Of a stretch of DNA of 64,000 bases, positions 59,853-64,000 are shown one piece after another (positions within the stretch are counted from its first letter, which is position 1; every line of letters begins with the position of its first letter). This stretch comes from an uncultured Gammaproteobacteria bacterium (GTDB lineage: Bacteria; Pseudomonadota; Gammaproteobacteria; Pseudomonadales; IMCC2047), in NCBI GenBank assembly GCA_942492345.1, contig CALOEK010000002.1:400104-464103 (forward strand), written 5' to 3'. A program made the translations under genes and the position numbers. The notes beneath the pieces were generated by a model, which saw only the letters and a list, made by a program, of their open reading frames with translations, did no database searches and was not told the origin of the DNA.

Positions 59853-60491
59853 ATGAACCCCATTCTGTACTCCTTTCGGCGTTGTCCCTACGCCATGCGC
59901 GCACGGTTGGCCATTCAAACTGCCGGTATTCAGGTTGAGTTGCGTGAAGTTGTTCTGAAAAATAAACCCGCTGAATTATTGCAGGTTTCGCCGAAGGCAA
60001 CGGTGCCGGTATTGGTCTTGCGCGGTGGACAGGTAATTAATGAAAGTCGCGATATTATGTTGTGGGCGTTACAACAAAATGATTCTCAGCATTGGTTGGG
60101 TGAATCGGCTGAGCTGTTGGAACCCTCGAATGCATTGATCGATGCTAACGATGCTGAATTCAAAGCAAATCTTGACGGCTATAAATATGCTGATCGCTAT
60201 CCGGAATCAGCCGATTATTATCGTCAGCAGGGCGAAGTGTTTTTGCAGAAGCTTGAGGAAAGGTTGGGTCGACATCGTTATTTGTTGAGTGATCAGGTAA
60301 GTCTTGCCGATATGGCGATTTTCCCCTTTATCCGACAATTCGCCCATGTTGATAAAATCTGGTTTGACCAGACAGCCTATCAAGGCGTGCATCAGTGGTT
60401 ATCCCATTTTTTAGCGTCGGCTAGCTTTAATAACGCTATGTTTAAATATCCACCTTGGCAGAGTGGTGATGAGGCTGTTTATTTTTCCTGA
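59853..60491 (+). CDS. glutathione S-transferase family protein (Cys-type, CPY active site)
   Basis: 212 aa with LYSFRRCPYAMRARLA and a GST C-terminal domain. Confidence 0.8.
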   Translation: MNPILYSFRRCPYAMRARLAIQTAGIQVELREVVLKNKPAELLQVSPKATVPVLVLRGGQVINESRDIMLWALQQNDSQHWLGESAELLEPSNALIDANDAEFKANLDGYKYADRYPESADYYRQQGEVFLQKLEERLGRHRYLLSDQVSLADMAIFPFIRQFAHVDKIWFDQTAYQGVHQWLSHFLASASFNNAMFKYPPWQSGDEAVYFS

Positions 60492-60500
60492 TTAATGCTT

Positions 60501-61004
60501 TTAACCCGCGCCGTGACACTTCTTGAATTTTTTGTTGCTGCCACACCAGCAGGGTTCGTTACGGCCCGGTTTAGCTATAGTTTTACCGCTGGTATCGAAA
60601 AGTTCACCATCCACGTAGTACCAGCAACTGTCTTCTTTTACGAAGCGCGAACGTTCGTGTAAAAAGCCTGACTGGCTTGCCTCACTCCAGGTGGCAACAA
60701 ATTCTACGGTGCCGCGCTCGTCACCTTCCAGACCTTTCTCGCATTGACGTACCTGTAAACCCAGCCAACGAGTGTTGAGAAGCGCGCCTTCCAGTAATTC
60801 GCGATCCTGTGGTTGTCGTTTGTCTGGATGCAGGGTGTCGATCAGGTAATCAATATTGCCGGTAGCGAAGGCGCTGTAGCGAGAACGCATCAGGGCCTGT
60901 GCCGTTGTGGCATGTGATTGACGGTCAAGCAGTGGTTGGCAACAGTCAGCAAAATTTTGCAGGCTGCCGCAGAGGCAGGATGAAGTTGGCAGCGGGGTTG
61001 TCAT
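60501..61004 (-). CDS. ychJ: YchJ-family protein (SEC-C motifs at both ends)
   Basis: CLCGS at the N-terminus and PCWCGSNKKFKKCHG at the C-terminus. Confidence 0.88.
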   Translation of the reverse strand: MTTPLPTSSCLCGSLQNFADCCQPLLDRQSHATTAQALMRSRYSAFATGNIDYLIDTLHPDKRQPQDRELLEGALLNTRWLGLQVRQCEKGLEGDERGTVEFVATWSEASQSGFLHERSRFVKEDSCWYYVDGELFDTSGKTIAKPGRNEPCWCGSNKKFKKCHGAG

Positions 61005-61061
61005 GTTTGTTACTTCAGCTTCGGTAGTTGCTAAGGGATAGTATTTTAAATGATAGAGTAC

Positions 61062-61475
61062 TTAATCGCGTACCTTTCCACGCAAAGATTTAATCATTCC
61101 GCGCTTTGTTTTACTGTCGGTGCGTTTTTTGCGAGCGTTACTAGAAGGCATGGTTGGTCTACGTGTTTTGTTGATTTTTCCTGTGCTGCGGATTAGCTCC
61201 TGTAATCGCTGTAGAGCATCGGCGCGGTTCTTTTCTTGAGTACGAAATTGCTGAGCCTTAATGACGAGCACGCCGTCCTTGTTGATGCGAGAGTCGTTAC
61301 GTGCCAACAGTCTTTCTTTCCACTCGTCGGGTAGAGATGACGCTTTGATATCGAAACGCAGATGGATGGCCGAGGACACCTTGTTAACATTTTGTCCGCC
61401 GGCGCCCTGTGCTCGAATGGCGGTGATTTCTACTTCGTCGTCGGCTAGCTGGATGTGGTGGGTGATTATGATCAC
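61062..61475 (-). CDS. arfB: alternative ribosome-rescue factor ArfB (YaeJ) peptidyl-tRNA hydrolase
   Basis: 137 aa with GAGGQNVNKV GGQ and a basic C-terminal tail. Confidence 0.92.
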   Translation of the reverse strand: MIIITHHIQLADDEVEITAIRAQGAGGQNVNKVSSAIHLRFDIKASSLPDEWKERLLARNDSRINKDGVLVIKAQQFRTQEKNRADALQRLQELIRSTGKINKTRRPTMPSSNARKKRTDSKTKRGMIKSLRGKVRD

Positions 61476-61478
61476 GAT

Positions 61479-62195
61479 TTACGACTCGCCCAACTCCGCC
61501 GGCTCAGTCACTAACAGCTCGGCTTTGGCCTGTTTGAGTTGCTGAATGTCTCGCAAAATTTGTTCATAGTTTCGTGGTGGGAAGTAGTGGAATACTTCCT
61601 TATCTTCGGTATTAACGAGTATTACCAGACCGCGCTGAGGGTAGAGCCAGTAACTGCTACTTTCATCAACTTGAATCTTGTCTTGAGGTTCGCCAAACAG
61701 GTTGCTGAGCATTTCTATTTCGGTATTGACTGCCGGGGAGTAGGACATTTCATTGATCGGGATCAGCATGGCGCGCTCGAAATCATCGCCGTTCAAGCGT
61801 AACTGATGGCTGCCGCTGGGTGTGGCGCTACTGGAAGAACTGTTTTCAGCGAATTCTTTTAATAGTGCCTGACTGGCTTGAAGGTTGAAAATAATGCGCG
61901 CTTGAAAAGGGCCAATCTTGACCTTGCCAAGAAAGGATTCGAGGCGAAAAGTCCCGTCCGGTGAGCGGAAAAGTGCGATCTGCGGAGCAACTTTCCATTG
62001 TTCTTTTACCTGTTGAACATTGCTGGCGCCAATCTCAATATCTAAAACCCGCGTATTACCCTCAGGCGTGATTTCGATTTTCCAGGGCAGCTGTTTGGCT
62101 GCGTCAGCTTTACTTAATGGTTCAGGGCCAAAAAACACATTAATGATGCCTGCGACAATAACGATTAATGCGATAACGAGAAGGCTTTTTTTCAT
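61479..62195 (-). CDS. hypothetical signal-anchored or exported protein
   Basis: Trimmed to MKKSLLVIALIVIVAGIINVF. It ends 4 nt before the arfB start. No motif recognised. Confidence 0.55.
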   Translation of the reverse strand: MKKSLLVIALIVIVAGIINVFFGPEPLSKADAAKQLPWKIEITPEGNTRVLDIEIGASNVQQVKEQWKVAPQIALFRSPDGTFRLESFLGKVKIGPFQARIIFNLQASQALLKEFAENSSSSSATPSGSHQLRLNGDDFERAMLIPINEMSYSPAVNTEIEMLSNLFGEPQDKIQVDESSSYWLYPQRGLVILVNTEDKEVFHYFPPRNYEQILRDIQQLKQAKAELLVTEPAELGES

Positions 62196-62367
62196 GGGGT
62201 GGTGCTCATTATTTGACAGTTTGAAGCTGGGCATTTTAGCCGATTTGCTTTGGTATTGCTGATATAATGCGGCCTTTCAATGCGACCATTGAATAATTTT
62301 TTTTGCCATATTTAGCAAAGAAAGACGTTTTGGTTGGCGTTACATTTCTATTCAGGAGACAACAAGC

Positions 62368-62934
62368 GTGCCAAAGGCAAGTGAACTCAAAAAAGGTATG
62401 GTGGTGGAAGTTAACGATGCGCTGTATGTGGTTAAGCAGATAGAAGCCAAAAGCCCCTCGTCCCGTGGCGCCTCCACGTTGTACAAGATTCGTTTCACGC
62501 ATCTTCAAACGAAACAAAAGCTGGATGAATCGTTTAAAAGTGATGACCTGCTCAAAGAAGCGGATTGCGTGAAAGTGACGTTGCAATATTCTTATCTGGA
62601 TGGCGATACACTGATGTTTATGAACATGGAAGATTACAGCCAATACGGTTTGAACCAGGAAGATCTGGAAGGACAGATTGACTATCTGACCGAAGGTCTT
62701 GAGGGTATTACCGGTTTATTGTTGGATGATGTACTGTTGGGCATTGAGCTACCGCAGGCGGTCAGTCTGACCATCACTGATACGGCACCGGGTATTAAAG
62801 GTTCTACCGCGACGGGTCGTACCAAGCCAGCTCAACTGTCAACTGGGCTGGAAGTTCAGGTGCCAGAGTATTTGGAGCCGGGTGAACTGATTAAGATAAA
62901 TACGGGAAATGGAAAGTTTATTTCCAGGGCTTGA
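62368..62934 (+). CDS. yeiP: elongation factor P-like protein YeiP (EfpL)
   Basis: 188 aa with MPKASELKKGMVVEVND.LY.V and three EF-P-like domains. GTG start. Confidence 0.9.
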   Translation: MPKASELKKGMVVEVNDALYVVKQIEAKSPSSRGASTLYKIRFTHLQTKQKLDESFKSDDLLKEADCVKVTLQYSYLDGDTLMFMNMEDYSQYGLNQEDLEGQIDYLTEGLEGITGLLLDDVLLGIELPQAVSLTITDTAPGIKGSTATGRTKPAQLSTGLEVQVPEYLEPGELIKINTGNGKFISRA

Positions 62935-63119
62935 TTTTATGAGCCGATAGAAACCTTATTTTTTGTGTCAGTATTTTTTACAGAGCGTTGATTTTCGTCG
63001 AGCTTGATTGAGTTAACGTGATGTTTTGAAAGCTGTTTGTTGAGTTGGCATTGCGCTTGCTTTATTGTGTTACTACAAGAATGAAGAAGGTGCTCAGCAC
63101 TCTGGCTAGTAAATTGAAT

Positions 63120-63140
63120 CCCGCTTCGGCGGGTTTTTTT
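63120..63140 (+). terminator. intrinsic terminator (cccgc-ttcg-gcggg + T7), 186 nt downstream of yeiP and 14 nt from the recQ stop
   Basis: GC stem with a UUCG loop and a T7 run on the + strand. The minus-strand tail is only weakly U-rich. Confidence 0.8.
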
Positions 63141-63153
63141 GCCTGTATAGTGG

Positions 63154-64000
63154 TTACTCGGCCGCACAAATCACTTCCAGGAACTCATCCCCATATCGAT
63201 CCAGTTTTGCCTGACCAATGCCGGTGATGTTAAGTAATTCCGCAACTGTGGTGGGGCGATACTGCATCATTTCCATCAGCGTGGCATCGTGGAAAATCAC
63301 ATAGGGCGGCACGTCATGCTCTTCGGCCAACTCCTTACGACAGATGCGCAGGGCTTCCCATAACGAACGATCCGAATCACTGACATCTTCTGCCAGGCCT
63401 GTTTTACGTTGCGATGCACGGCGCGTCGTTTGTAACTGCGGCTCGGGTAAATCTTCGCGCAGGAACAGGGTCATTTCACTGCGCAGTAACGGGCGACTTT
63501 TTTCGGTCAGGTGCAGCGCGCCAAATTGTTCAACATCGGATTTGATAAAGCCCTGTACCATTAATTGGCGGATGACTGAACGCCACTTTTGTTCGCTGGC
63601 ATCACGGCCAATACCAAAAGTGCTGAGGGTCTCGTGTTGATACTGTTTGACCTTGGGCGTACTGCGACCAACCAGTACATCAGTCACGTGACCGGCACCA
63701 AAACGCTGGCCAGTACGGTAAATACAGGACAACAGCTTTTGTGCCGCAACGGTGGCATCCCAAGTATCGGGTGGATTCAGGCATACATCACAGTTGCCGC
63801 AGCTGCCTTCCTGATGGTCATTGAAGTAGCCTAACAGGCCATGGCGACGACATTCAGTAATTTCACACCAACCGAGCAGGGCATCGAGTTTGTGACGTTC
63901 GATACGTTTTTGTTGCTCCGGCGCTTGAGATTGGTCCATCATCTGGCCGAGGCGTACCACATCCTGCAAACCGTATATCATCCAGGCTTCAGCGGGTTGG
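63154..64000 (-). CDS. recQ: ATP-dependent DNA helicase RecQ, C-terminal part (N-terminus beyond the window end)
   Basis: Zn-binding CRRH...CGNCDVC, an RQC winged helix and an HRDC domain (LWEALRICRKELAEEHDVPPYVIFHDATLMEM). The frame stays open to the window edge. Confidence 0.93.
   Translation of the reverse strand, partial: QPAEAWMIYGLQDVVRLGQMMDQSQAPEQQKRIERHKLDALLGWCEITECRRHGLLGYFNDHQEGSCGNCDVCLNPPDTWDATVAAQKLLSCIYRTGQRFGAGHVTDVLVGRSTPKVKQYQHETLSTFGIGRDASEQKWRSVIRQLMVQGFIKSDVEQFGALHLTEKSRPLLRSEMTLFLREDLPEPQLQTTRRASQRKTGLAEDVSDSDRSLWEALRICRKELAEEHDVPPYVIFHDATLMEMMQYRPTTVAELLNITGIGQAKLDRYGDEFLEVICAAE

Noticed and set aside
1-64000. Looked for rRNA or tRNA genes, CRISPR repeat-spacer arrays, transposases, integrases, phage genes and canonical defence genes (restriction, Cas, abortive-infection ATPases and nucleases, reverse transcriptases).
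   Set aside because: None of the translated ORFs carries such motifs. No regularly spaced direct repeats or cloverleaf-sized conserved segments were seen in the intergenic regions. This was visual inspection only, so small or degenerate elements could be missed.

Overview
This window is a chromosomal segment from a moderate-GC gammaproteobacterium. The gene order resembles Pseudomonas and Oceanospirillales: yfjD-ypjD / ffh, rpsP-rimM-trmD-rplS, dsbC-hom-thrC-recJ, prfB-lysS, nadB / rpoE-rseABC, bcp / dapA-bamC. I support about 70 protein-coding genes, nearly all housekeeping: translation, envelope stress, amino-acid and cofactor biosynthesis, DNA repair and redox. I also call several intrinsic terminators, a sigma-70 promoter for the rpsP operon, a sigma-E autoregulated rpoE promoter and the programmed +1 frameshift site of prfB. 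I found no rRNA, tRNA, CRISPR array, transposase, integrase or phage gene, and no recognisable defence or classical secretion locus. The one segment that looks accessory is about 6.3 kb at 17.8-24.1 kb, lying on the opposite strand between recJ and prfB-lysS. It encodes a small membrane protein that appears frameshifted in a homopolymer, a 1541-aa exported protein (CUB-like domain, three LamG modules, long MshQ-like C-terminal region) and a CBS-GGDEF diguanylate cyclase. This is my best candidate for something under-described, but the evidence is domain patterns recognised by eye and not a demonstrated system. Smaller oddities are tandem DUF1289 genes, a MobA-like protein with degenerate catalytic motifs, a Met-rich periplasmic protein, an exported AstE/AspA-family deacylase, a 26-codon ORF with a strong SD, structured intergenic regions and two convergent gene overlaps. 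All family assignments come from reading the translations; no searches were run.
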